DNA of 64,000 nt, taken from the NCBI RefSeq assembly GCF_009914755.1, contig NC_060928.1; one strand, 5' to 3'. Position 1 is the first letter of the stretch. The number at the start of each line of letters is the position of its first letter. The notes below the pieces were generated by a model. That model was not told where the DNA came from. It saw nothing but the letters and a program-made list of their open reading frames with translations, and ran no database searches. This document shows, piece after piece, positions 12,021-25,295 of this stretch. The stretch is from the human T2T-CHM13v2.0 reference genome, Homo sapiens. The position numbers and the translations under genes were made by a program.

Positions 12021-14049
12021 ATTTTCATTTTATACATTTGAAAATTTCTTTCTTCCACACATGATACTCTGCTGACTTTCTGTACATAAGGTACAATATG
12101 ACTGGTAATTTCACCGGTTTAGCTTTGTCTTTGACTCTATTAGAGCTACAAATCCTTCCACAAATGGCTAAATACTGAGGACATCTTGAATAGAATTTGT
12201 AGACCCCTACCTCACTTGAACTCTAAAACCTGCCTGTGTCTTTCATTTGGTCCTCCTACTTTGAAATTTGACCTCGACCTCTGCCCCAAATCATTGTCTC
12301 AGTTTGGGTCCCTTACATGTAGATGTGCAGGCTGTCAACTGCCCAACTGGTAGAATGCCATTCTCCAAATGAATGGAGGCCCCTGGGGTTGTAAAATGTG
12401 GAGGATCCTTCTCAGACTTGTGCACCTTCTAACAATTTCTGCTGTACTAGGCCTTTCCAGCCTATTCCATTTTTCAGTCTCCTCTCTTCCATTGTCCAGA
12501 CTAACTACTTCCAAAGGTGAGATATTTTTCTTGTCCTCCTCAGAAAGATGGGTATTTTATATAATAAGATGAATTAATTGGATATGAAGACATACAGGAT
12601 TTCTTGCCTAATACACAGTGGACTCTGAAAGCCAAGATGGTATCCTCTAATATCACCTTCCCGATTATTTAACTGCTCCATCTAATTGTGGCCACCTGGT
12701 TAAACTGACATCTTTTTCTTGCCTTTGCTCAACCATGGCTCAGCTGTGTAGACTACGTGTTTGCTATCACTTAGGGCTTGCCATAAATTCTATCCTCAAG
12801 CTCCAGCTAAGGAACTAGTGAATTATCATGTGTGTGGAAGGGACTAGCACATATACATTAATGACAACAATGACATTTAGAAATGGGTCATTTTCCTCTT
12901 TCTCAGTAAAGATAGTCTTTGTGGATTTAAATCATTAATGCTGTTTTTTTCCCCTCACCATTATGTTACCATAAAAATATTGAAGTGTAACAAATGATTT
13001 GCTTATCTATTACTACTAACGAAATGGTTGGAAAGAGCTTAGAAACAGTTTTCTGCTTTTATTTAGCTGAAAAAAAAACAGTTTCTATAGCTTCCTTTTT
13101 ATGCAAATGAAGATGCCTACTCTTTTTGCAGACGTTATTATGGAAGGATATCATTGATCATGTCCTCAGGGTAATAAATAATTACTCTACTAACGTATTG
13201 CTCTGAAAGAAACTGACATGAAGTAGTTTCAAATTAACCACTGCTAATTGCATGCATTGTTTCATACTTATTACTGCAATCTGATTAACATGCTACTGAA
13301 TAGAACTGGCAGGAAAGGTTCTTTCTGCTGTATTTCAACTTGTTTTAGCTAAAAACTTGGCTAAATGTGAAATTTACAAAGTTAGAAGGTTAAATCTATT
13401 GCTGAGGAAAACAGGATCATTGTGGTATAATGAGCTTGACCACTGCCAGAATTTTTATTTTACAAATTTATGTTTGAGAAATTGACATATTTTTTAGATT
13501 TCCAATAGGAAAAAATGTCCTTTATTATATGCACAATCTGTTATAGATTAAAACACTAAATCTCTGATATGAAGTTTCTTCAGTAAACTCTTCAACATAA
13601 GAAAAACAGTGCCACTTTTCAATGTAAAATGAAATCTGTAAGAATAAAAACATCTCAATTTTGGCCTTGTTACTAAATTTGCCATAAAAAATCTAAATTA
13701 CTATAAAATGGAACTTTAAAAATGGTGTATATTTGCTATTATAATTGTTATTCCTACTTATCTTCCCAAGATAAATGGGATGATATAGAAAGACAAGTGA
13801 AATTGTTATGCTTATAAATGTAGAGTTAATCAGTTACACTAGTGAGCATTTTTATCATAGCTATCCTGTGCCTCTGTCCTAAGTTCAAGGGCAAATTATA
13901 TACTGAAAATGATATTTTGATAAAAGTTGCAAATCTACATTTTATGTACCTTTATTATGCACTTACGCATCAGTCTCCATGCAGTAAATGCACATGTTGT
14001 TCTATGCGGTTTACAGTTACTAAGTCATTTAATTTTAAATGACCCGATG

Positions 14050-14198
14050 GTACTATTAATATCCCTATTTTAATAGATGAGAAAACTGAGGCACAGAGAG
14101 GTTAAGTAATTTTCTCAAGGTTTCGGAGCTAATATTTAATACATGGTGGAGCTAGAACTCAAACCCATGGTGTCTGGCTCTAAAAACCATGCACTTAG
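14050..14198 (-). mobile_element. MIR, interrupted by the following Alu
   Basis: MIR core ATTTTAATAGATGAGAAAACTGAGGCACAGAGAGGTTAAGTAA. Confidence 0.85.
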
Positions 14199-14508
<310 letters not shown>

Positions 14509-14854
14509 CATGCTCATTACTGATATACTATGCTGTCTCAGCATATGGACCTGGAAGATGCATTATATTGGTAGATAAGGTAAAATGTATGTTTTTGGAG
14601 GGTGGCATTGAAACTGATTCTTATGTTGTTATAACTTTGAAATGTTGGCCTGAGCTCTGATTTATAGCTGATACTGTTCCCCAGCTGCACACAGCTGATC
14701 TGTCTATGGCCTTCTGGTCCTTCCTTGGATCCCTATGTCCATCCTCCATTCTATGGCCCAGGGTTTACTCAGCACCCTGAACCCTAGAAGTTCACTTATA
14801 ATTACTGGTTGGCTGTAGCCTCCTCATACTGGCCTGGGCTATACACATGTCTTT

Positions 14855-14995
14855 CCAGCTCTGAGTTTAATGACCTCACATTGGTGGCTTGGAATCAGCC
14901 AGGGCAAAAGTCTTTACAGCATGGAAACCAGCAAATGCCTTCTCCCCATCCCTCGCCCCATCACTTTGGCAATCTGGTTACTCACACAACACTGC
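14855..14995. mobile_element. MER63-like DNA transposon fragment
   Basis: CACATTGGTGGCTTGGAATCAGCCAGGG...TTTACAGCATGGAAACCAGCAAATGC resembles MER63. Confidence 0.5.
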
Positions 14996-16589
14996 CTAGG
15001 ATCTACTACCATTCATATCCCAGGATAGGCATACCCCGAACATGGAGGTTTTCATGTGTTTTTACTGTATGTCCCCATATGGCATTATAATGTTAACATT
15101 CATGGGTCTAAGCCCTTCCTGGACACCAAAGAAGAACAAAAAAATGGCAGAATCTCAGCAATACAGCAGCAGTGGCAAAATATGATATGTGCTTTCCCTT
15201 ACAATTCTGCATTTATTGCAAACATTACTAATCACTCATGACATGACAGAGCCTGGCCCCAGACCCAGAATCCTCATCAATATAGCACTCTAAAGTCTCG
15301 ACAGCCACTGCCAACCACTCAGATTTGGTACATGAGATGAAATTATTTACTGTCCCTCTTAGAATCAGAAATTCTCATTTCTCCCTAGGATATTCCCACT
15401 CTATTATTTATAACACTTCCCTAAGTTATAGAAAGATTTCTAAAAATGATGACCATGAAAGAAAACTTGTTAAGTTGTCCCCAAAATTTAAATATTTAGA
15501 GCATAAGATCCATCCGCTATTCTGCCTGATAAAATCAGTTATGCAATACTCTACAAAGTACTTCGGCATTTGTAATTTTCCTAAGGACTCCATGCTCATG
15601 TATTGATATTCATCCATAATTAAATATATATGTTTGATGTCAATATTCCTTTGTTAGTCAGTGGAAATATATGAGTTCTCTGTTCATTGAAACCAGCTCA
15701 ATGGAAATATTCTTTGACTTGGTGATTAAAAGAAAGGAAATTTGTCTTGCTACTGATGTCAAAATTGTATCATTAAAACATTTTCTGAATATAGAACAGA
15801 GTAAGAAAAAGTTTAAAATGTTACTTATTATTTTTTCATCTTCCTCTTTTCTACCTCAAGCTCAAATTTTTAGAAACAATTCCCTTAATTTGTTCTAGTT
15901 TCAAAAAGAGAATTGCAGGGATATATGGAGATACATTTATAGAGTTTGAGTAGTTTAGAGGTATGTTTAAAGGGGAGCATTAATCTATCAATACAGTGAA
16001 AAAGCATCTATAAGTGATGAGATTGTATGGTCTATATCTGATATAAATAAGCTCACTTAATATCTACATATATAGTGAAGACTACTCATAATCTCAAGAG
16101 ATTACTATCCAGACATGTGAAAATTGTATATCCACTTGCAAAATTCCCAAATAACATGAAGAATGCATAAATGCAAATTGAGAGGTTTACAACAATAGCT
16201 GTCAGAGGAAAACCTGAGCTAATTGGTGAAAGGTGTTAGAGGCAAGGTTCTGAAGCATGAATGAGAATTGGATGAATGAGAAATAAAATAGAGGGAATGT
16301 GAGAAGGTCTGCATGAGCAAAGGCTCCAAAGAAGGATGGTGTAAATCTTATTTAATGGAAAAGCACATCAGAATAGGGGCATTTGCAATGAGGGTAGTGG
16401 TCATAAAGAGTAGGTGACTTTGAATATCAAAATAAAGAATTGATTTTTATTTAGAATTGTGTATCGTTTCAGTCTATGAGGCCATTATATTTTTATCTCA
16501 TGTTTTATAGGCAGAAGTATCCTAATCTTTATATGAACCCTTGCAGAGCAAGGGTAAGCTTCTTATCTAATGTTACAGGAGCCGTGAAA

Positions 16590-16755
16590 CAAGCACAGGA
16601 TTAAGACTTAGAAAGCGTGGATTTGAATTCTGGGGCTGTCGCTTACTAATGGATGATTTTTGCATGTTGCTTAACCTCTCTGAATCTTAGTTTCTTTATG
16701 AACATCATAGTACATAGCTGTTGAGATTGGAGACCCGAGATAGTTAGGATTAATC
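16590..16755 (+). mobile_element. MIR fragment
   Basis: GGATTTGAATTCTGG...TTGCTTAACCTCTCTGAATCTTAGTTTC. Confidence 0.65.
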
Positions 16756-18127
16756 ATGCTTCTTTCTTCCACTCCAGTTTTGAAACCAATGGAGAGATCA
16801 ACACAAGCTTTGGAGAGGAGATCAAAATATCTGCTTCACTGGCAGGAGTTTTGGATTGCTCAACAAGGTTCAGATCTGTGGCATAATCAGGCTTCCTAAT
16901 CCTGAACCAAAGTTGTTGTTGTATCTCGTAGTTGTCACCTGAGAGCTGACTGACCTGTTTCAAGCATATGTGAGATGCCTTCTGGAAATGCCCGGAAGCA
17001 TATAGCTAATGGGATGAGGCATTTCAAGGTTGAACTTCAGCAAGAGCAAGTGGGATAAAGGGCAAAAAGCAGCACATTCCTTTCAAAATGTCCCCATTTT
17101 AAACTGCAGGCTAGAGTAGACAATGGAAATATATGACATATAAAGAAACTGGTGAGATTATTAAGCAGAGGGCCTTCTGGGGAGCATTAAAGAGTGAGCA
17201 AGAAAAATTTCTCAGACATGGTGATTCTAGAATTGAAAAATCATAGACTCTTTCTCTTCTCTCTCCTTTGAGAGTTTCCAGATGAATTCTTGGATCTGGC
17301 TACTGAGCAAATATATGAATAATAACCTAGGATCAGCTGGGTATAAGAGGTTTCCACCAGAAGTCCATGAAAACCAATGTTTTTAAGCATCTATTGGGCA
17401 ACTACCATAAACAATCAGCAAGATGTTTAAACAGTTGATTCTGCCGGCGGCCCAACCAGTTTTTAACTGTATCACGAAAACTGGCCTGGGGGTACAGTCT
17501 GAGATTATTCCAGCCCTGCTTTTACACCGCCAGAAATTCCCTTTCTGTTACAAATTTCTACCCCAGAGAGGTTTGCATATTCTTGGCATTTTCACTGTGC
17601 ATCAGTGAATCAGCTAGCCTACGGGCCAAGGAGAGGGGAAAAAAATCCCAAATAAAACTCAACCCAGTTAGGATGTCTTCATCTATTTTTCAGTGGGAAA
17701 AAATACAGCTGGACTCAGTGACTTCAGTCAAAAGCAAACATTACTAGTTGCTTCATTTTTCTAATTTTTATTTTTGACTCTCAAGTTTTGGAGGGCATAA
17801 TAAAGACATAGCCTCAGCAAAGTCACTTAGAAGATTGAGTTCGTTATTTTGCAAAGCTTGGGTAGTGACACTTCTGCAAAATGCACAAGCACATGAGCAG
17901 AGAGATGTGTGAATTCAGGAAAGCAGCCAAATGCACATCAGAGCTGAGGAATGTCACAGCGAAATGAAGAAAACTTGTAAACACCTATCTGTATTTTTAG
18001 GTAGAGAATGTTCTAACATATTGCCAATGGGTGCTGCCTGTGTGTTCCTTCCCCTAAGCTTTAAACTCAACTGATATTAAAGGTGATTTGAAAACAATGA
18101 AAATTGACAGCTTTATTAATCTAGATG

Positions 18128-18169
18128 GTGTGTGTGAGAGAGAGACAGAGTGTGTGTGTGTGTGTGCGC
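18128..18169. repeat. Compound (TG)n/(GA)n microsatellite
   Basis: GTGTGTGTGAGAGAGAGACAGAGTGTGTGTGTGTGTGTGCGCG. Confidence 0.9.
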
Positions 18170-18884
18170 GAACATGCACATGATGTGTGACTGCTGCATG
18201 TATAGACTGTGCATTTTTACTGTGGGCCTTGCACAGACGAGGGAGCCCTCTACTGATTGGAAATTGTACTAGATGTAAACTATAGAGGGATGCTTTCAGT
18301 GCGTTGCTCATGTATCCTCCAAAATGCAGACATTTTGCTTATTTATTTTTCAAATTATGACAGCAGATGCTTTATTTTCGGAAAGGAACTAGAGATGTCA
18401 GTCATCATGTGCATACAAGTATATGTCATTCCTTCTATTTAAGGTAAAATTCTTTGATTAAAAATATCTACACTCAGTCTTCAACCTTTTAATATAAAGA
18501 TGATTGTAACACAATTAAACCACAAATGTCTACATGACTGTGATGAGAATGTGTGACAGAGATCATAACCGCGTTTATCTATTATCATGGTTTATCACAC
18601 ACTATTTTTTCCCTTAAGCGTGTATTTCTTATTTTATACTTTTTTTTTCTCAGAGCATAAAGACAGTTTTAGGGGTGACAATTTGAACTCATTCATGTGG
18701 ACAGGTTTGTATGTGCTATATTTTCATATGCATAGTTAAATCATATTATTAAGTCCTGTGTACAGACAAGATTAATATTTAGTTGCTTTTGAGTTTAGAT
18801 ACCTGATTTTTAACCTCATGTCTTTATAAAATAATTATAGTTCAACTTTTCATTAATTTAAATCAATGAATAAAAGTAAAATAT

Positions 18885-19176
18885 GGCTGGGTGCACTGGC
18901 TCACACATATAATCCTAGCACTTTGGGAGGCTGAGGCAGGAAGATCGCTTGAGTCCAGGAGTCCAAGACCAGCTTGGGCAACATGCCAAAATCCCAGCTC
19001 TACAAAAAATACACCCAGGTGTGGTGGTGCATGCCTGTAGTCTCAGCTACTTGGGGGGTGGAGGGGGGAGGATGGTTTTAGCCCAGGAGGTGGAGGTTGC
19101 AGTGAGCCGAGATCACACCATTGCACTGCAGCCTGGGCGACAGAGTGAGATCCTATCTCAATAAATAAATAAATAG
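18885..19176 (+). mobile_element. AluJ element
   Basis: GAAGATCGCTTGAGTCCAGGAG J-type features; (TAAA)n tail; short TSD AAATAT. Confidence 0.92.
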
Positions 19177-22100
19177 AAATATTGTTCGCTTATTTTCAAC
19201 ATGACTGGCCTAATCCTATTATGGGATAGTCTCTCTTACCCTAAACGAGTTTTTTAATAGATTGTTTATTATTAGAATGCCAATTATTCCAATTTTTAAC
19301 AAAGAATTAACATTTTTCTTGGAAGTTAGCTTAAACGTTTATTAGTTTTATATATAAATTTTACAAGAGAGCCTTTATTAAATCAAATTTTTTTAGAATT
19401 AAACTCAGTTTGAGTCTCATTCTGTACATAACTTTAACCCTAACCGTAGTTGAAGGCACTGTGTGTTGTTAAACAGCTACACCTGGAATTAACATGGCAG
19501 CATAGCTGACTGGGACATGACAGTGACACAGCTTTAACATCTGCCATCTTTTGACCACCAGCATTAATTTTGTTTCTACATCCAATGTCCTCATCCCTCA
19601 CCAATCTGTCACTCTTTCTGTGGTTCCAACATTACAAAATAGCCATTGCCTTTATTTCATTGAGGATAAAACACATAATGTCAACCTAGGATGATCAATT
19701 TACTCTGCCATTAACAGCCACCATTTATGAAATGCCTACTGTGTGCCAATCCCTTTTCAAAAAAATGACCCAAACCTTAGAAATCTGCATGGGAAATCTC
19801 ACTATTCCAGTTTGTCGGTTGGTATTCTTTTTGTTTGCAAATGACAAATTGTACTCAAACAAAGTTAAGCAGAAGAAGGGGACTGTATTACAAAGACACT
19901 GGAGTATCTCATATAATCCCAAAGGTCAGGTATTGCTTTCTCAAATGACATGTCCTAATAGCTTCGCCGAGGTTTCATTTATTTCTTACTATGAGTTCAC
20001 TGAAAGTTAGGTGTGGATAAAAGTATCAGTCATTATTTCTGAGTATTAAACTACAATGATTTTTGGATATGGCTAATTTCTAATATCCCTAATTTTAATT
20101 TTGTTTAAGAGAGAAAATCCTTTTTTGCTGATTTTTCTCTAATGTTTTTCACACATATTTGAGTAAAAATAAATGCCAAATCAGTTTATATGCCAGCTAA
20201 AGAGTTTCATAAACTTGCTACATAGCTTGTAATGCTTTCAAACTAAAGGAGTAGGCAATAATCAACTATAATAAGTGCTATAGAGTTTCACATTTAGTTT
20301 TTATTTCTGTCACTTGTCTATGATTCCACAACAAAGCTCTGGCAATGGTCTGTGGTATCCCCAGTTCCTTCCCCTTGTGGCTGAAGAGCTGGTCAGTGCA
20401 GTGACTGGGGAAGTGACCGCAGAAGGAGGGCTGGCAGGATTGCCACAGCGGCGGCTACTGTGCCTGTCCTCATAGTTTAAGCATGTCTCTATGTTGGTGG
20501 TGGAACAAGTGGTGACTCTCTGAATGTAAATGCTCCCAATCTGGTTTAATTTACCACCATCACTGGAATCTCCCTTTCATTCTAGCTTGTCTACTGGAAT
20601 CTGCTTTAGATTCTGCTCTGGTCTCCAGCTCTGCATAGGAATGCCCTGTATATTAAACCTGAATAACAATAATTCAGTGTATTGATGGACAACTTACATT
20701 ATTAGCATGCAGTGCTGGGATTAGAATATTAGGTGGTGAGATCAAGGATAAGGTGAGATAAGATCATTTAGGATATCTGGTTTCTCTACATTACTGAGAA
20801 GGTCATCAGGGGCAGGGATGGGAAAGGTTGAGTTGGCTATGCATTTCACTTACAGTAAAGACCTGCTTTAGTTAGACTGCTCTCCTATTACTAGATAAAA
20901 ATTAGATCCTGTTGTATGATTGTTGGGGAGTATGTGCCATTCACATAGCCTATGTAGATAGCATTCCTTAGAACATAACCCCAATTACAGTGCAATGCCC
21001 TAGAACTGCTGTTACTTGAGTTTGCCTAATAATAGAGATGGATCATGCAGGGTCTGTGCTCTGTTCAATGATCAGAAATGGATACATAAAATTTGGGCGC
21101 AGATATGAAATTTGTACAGGCAGAGGAAATTTAATCAAGCCTGAAAAAGAAATGATTACATGTTACTTTTTGGAAGGAATCATTTAGTATGCTACATTTC
21201 CAATGAGTTAATTTAACTGTCTGGGGAAAAAATTCCATGAAATATTATGCTCATGTACACTCACCAAAGGAAGAGTATTATTTTAATTTGGAAGCTGTTA
21301 CTCCTCTTCATATATAATCACTAGGTGAGCAAACTGATTCTTTCATATCATACAGTTGGCAACCGAATAAAAACAGGCAGTTACCCTGTATGTACGTTTT
21401 CAGCACATTTTGTCTTGTGATAGGATTGAGTTCTAATGCTTTCTCTTTGTTATTCATAATGGTGTAATTTTTGCAATATATTTCAAAGTGGAGGACTTTC
21501 CAAACCTTGTAGCCGAAGGCCTTGAAAGCATACTGTCTCAGGGGGTCATTGGACTGAAAACATGGTTCTGGTTAGCGAGCACAGCCAGCACAGGGGTGAA
21601 ATGCATTCTGCCCAGAGAAGGCCTGGGCTGAGACATTCTGTTGAACATGTCTCAGTTCCAGTCACCTTCCCAGTCTAGGAATGACCAGAATACCTTTTAA
21701 TCATACAGCCAGTTTGGTCTCACTAAATTCTGCTGTAAACTCCATATATTGCTTCTGGAAATCTCTTAGACATTCTATTAACTCTTGAAGCCTGATTTCA
21801 TTTCCTGGACACTGGTTCCCTTGAAAACCTGATGTCTCTTGAGATTTAAATATATAAAGAATAAACTTACAACATGACAAATATATAAAAAATAAACTTA
21901 CAATGGAGATGCTTTTAAGAATAAAGAAAGAAGGTAATGTTGATAAATCATTACCTTCAGTGCCTGTAACATAAAAAATACTCCTAAGACATCATTATTG
22001 CCATGACTCTTCCGGGTTTAGTGTTCAAGTGAAATTTTGTCAACTGTCCTTAAATCCTAGATAGAGTACTCATCAGTGCTAAATAAATTTAACTACTCTA

Positions 22101-22439
22101 GGTGTCAGCATAGATAATCATATAATGATATGAAAATTTAAAATTCAAAGTTGGCAATTACTTTTCCATCTGATTTAAGGAGTTAATGGATGATTGTAAA
22201 CTTGGTCATCTGTTTAACTCAAGTGTTTCAGTATGTAGGGTACCCTACAGAGATTAAGACTTGGGGTCCCATGATTTGGAGTCAGAAACCTGAATTCAAT
22301 TCCAATTCTTCCATTTAGTAGCCATATGTTTCAAAGTGATTCACAATTGCTACAATATCCATATTCTGTAACTCTTCCTAAATACTCTTCTTTGATAAGA
22401 ACTCTGCAAAGCCATTTCATATACAGTAAGAAGAACAAA

Positions 22440-22690
22440 AGTTAAGAACATAGAATTTAGCATCAGACAGAACTGGTTGGGTCCCATTTTTAACACTCAC
22501 TAGCTATGTGACCTTGGACAACTTCCCAAACCTCTAAAACTCAGTTTCTTCCTCTGGCTACTAAAATTAAAAATAGTATTAATCTTATAGTTGGCTGTGA
22601 AGATAAGATCAATTACAGATGAATGCTCATAGCACAGTGCTTGCAACATGCTACATTTTGAAAAAATACTAATTTATTTTATTATTTTCT
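22440..22690 (+). mobile_element. MIR
   Basis: CACTCACTAGCTATGTGACCTTGGACAA...CTCAGTTTCTTCCTCTG...AGCACAGTGCTTG. Confidence 0.8.
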
Positions 22691-24130
22691 CATCACTAAA
22701 GTTGAAATAATTATATCTTCTTTGTCTATGCTATAGGTTGTTTTGAGTATCAAATGAGGCAATGTGGTATATAAAACTATACATATAAAAAGGAAATTTA
22801 TAAATGATTTTCTTGAATTTTCTTGGGCAGAAACATACTTGGAAAACAGTGCCAAATGCTAAGGCTTAGAAAATGTTTTGCCAGAAGATATGTTAATCTT
22901 AAGGTTCTCTTCTGTCTACTACTTTAACAGTAAGAAAGTAAAACTGGGACAGTAGTTACTCTTACAAAGCTATCACTCTCTGTCAATGACAAAGCTACAT
23001 TGTCCTAAGTCAATAAAGTAACATTTATTGATGTCATATATACAAAATCACCATCTCAATTAATTTTTTCTTTTTCAATTAATAAATGAGACACTGTATT
23101 TTGTTGTTGTTCTTATTGTTCTCCAAATAGGAAACCTTTAGTTTCTTAATATTTTATCTCCCTTAAGATTCCCTGAAAATTAAAAAAAAATGAAAAAGAC
23201 TATTAACCCAGTGATAAATATTCATTAAAACTTATATACCTAGAAATGGGATTCTTTTCATAGACAGGTTTCTATGTTTTTTATATTCTCCTAGGCAGCT
23301 TTCCAGATTTTCATTCTTGAATTGATAATCTAAGGTCTGATCACCGTAAAGAATTGTGTTAACACTGTATTAGAGTCTTAAAATAGTTTGGAGAAATTTA
23401 AAATATATATCTGTATAAAGTTACTATGCAGATGCTACTTCTATCTTCCAAAAGTCTCAAAATTCTTGATGCAAATAAAAAAGTGCATAATATTTTAATA
23501 TAGGTTCATATTGATTTTATGAGACTCCTCTGAAAATATTTAGTACACTTATTGATATGAAATTTAAATTCAGGCTTTTTTTCCATTATACTGGCCAATT
23601 GAATGGAATTTCATCCAGACTGAAATATTCAAACAAATAATAAAGGCACACAAAAAGACATAAGTAAAGTAGATATAATGATGTAATTAAAATTAACGTC
23701 CTCTCATTCCTGGATTAACCATTAAATGGGAACATTTTCTAAGGATCTATCATTAATTCTCTTCTGTTTTCAATAATGCATTCCATGAGGGAGATTGCAT
23801 CCAATCCTTTTATTTTAAATTCTACTCTTACTCCAAGTTATTTTCCATTTTCTACCTTTCTTTTGAGGTTCATATTTATATTTTCCAGTACTCACCAGAA
23901 AATTGTACCTGTGTGTTCTGAATAACCGTAATTGAACTATCTTATTTACTCTTTGTCATGTGCCTGTTTCTTTATATTTCCTATACTATTGAATGCTCCA
24001 TTATCTGCCTAACTCTCCAAAGTAGAAATCTAAGATAATTTATCAGCTTTTATCCCCACCAACTTCTACATCTAAACATTTCACAGCACTGTCCACTTTG
24101 TATCACTGAAATAGCTGTTTTAGTCCAGTT

Positions 24131-24330
24131 AAGCTCTATCTCCTCCTCTGGTGTGAAGAGGAGGAGGATGGTCCCAGGCTTTGATGGACCAAGATCTATT
24201 GCCTCAAGGACAGGGCAGTAGTAAATTTTTTAAGAGATTTGTAGGGGAACAGCTCCTTTTCTGAGAGGCCAGCTTGCTGGGGACCAGTCTTGGACAAGTG
24301 ACCTTTTATTATTAAAATATTATTGGATAT
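24131..24330 (+). repeat. 200-bp dispersed direct duplicate of 30922-31121
   Basis: Ungapped manual alignment: 188/200 identical. Confidence 0.97.
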
Positions 24331-24360
24331 TGTTCTAGTCACAGTTATTGAATACAAAAA
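24331..24360 (+). repeat. 30-bp direct duplicate of 27940-27969
   Basis: TGTTCTAGTCACAGTTATTGAATACAAAAA vs TGTTCTATTCACAGTTATTGAATACAAAAA, 29/30 identical. Confidence 0.95.
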
Positions 24361-25094
24361 GTGACTCTTTTACTGCCCTGCTATCTCTGTCTTTGTTTCA
24401 ACCATCATTCCCCTCCAATATAGCTACCTTTGTCAAAGTCATGCTCTTAAAATACGTAAATGCTCATATTACATACTTAAAATCCTTCCATAAGGCCCCA
24501 TTGCTTATTGAAATCCAAATCCTTATGTGACCAACAAGGATTTTAATGACCAGGCCTCACTCCACAGACTTAGGCTTACAATTATTCCCATAACAATTTT
24601 TATATTCTATACAATGCATTTCATTTGGTATTCTCTTCTTACACTCAATTTTAAGTTGACAAATTCTCACTGATTCTCTAAGATTCTGCCTAAATATTTC
24701 TGTGAAGCTTTTCTTGACATTCTTTTTCTACATTTCCCTCTGGAGTTGTACAATGACACAGCCTTGTTTGTGTGTGTCTATCGTACATATATTTATAATT
24801 GTAATTGTTCCCTTATAGATTTGCATTTGCTACTAAGTTGGCTGTAAGCTCTTTCAGGAATTTTGCCATTTATGTCTTTGAAGCCCTGTACCTAGCTAGT
24901 CACACAGTAATTAGTCAATATCTGTTTTAAATGAACGAATGAGTGAATGAACAGGAAATGAAGTAGCCCATGCACTTGAACTAGAAGATGAACCCTCTTC
25001 TGTGGTTCGCTAATATCTACACCCTGCATGAAAACTTTTTGAGTATTGAGAACATAAAACAAAACCAAACATTTTTCTCAAAAAGGAGTATTTC

Positions 25095-25295
25095 TCACAG
25101 AAGTGAAGATGGGAGCAATGGACACTGGAGACTTCCAGAGGGAAGAGGGGTGAGGGCAGAAGGACTGCTTATTGGATGCTGTGCTCACTTCCTGGGTGAT
25201 GGGATCATCTCTACCCCAAAATTCAGCATCATAGTGTTCCCATGTGACAGACCTGCATATGCACCTCCTGAATCTGAAATAAAAGTTGAAAATAT
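25095..25295 (+). mobile_element. L1 3' UTR fragment (old L1PA/L1PB)
   Basis: TGCTCACTTCCTGGGTGATGGGATCATC...ACCTGCATATGCACCTCCTGAATCTGAAATAAAAGTTGAAA. Confidence 0.85.

Larger units (their letters stand above)
23990..24952 (+). mobile_element. L2 3' region, interrupted by a 230-bp insertion at 24131-24360
   Basis: Degenerate L2 body (TTAAAATCCTTCCATAAGGCCCCATTGC...AAATCCAAATCCTTA) ending in TCAATATCTGTTTTAAATGAACGAATGAGTGAATGAA. Confidence 0.6.

Noticed and set aside
24131-24360. Back-spliced circRNA retrocopy as the origin of the composite insertion
   Set aside because: Donor breakpoints lack GT/AG on either strand and there is no TSD.
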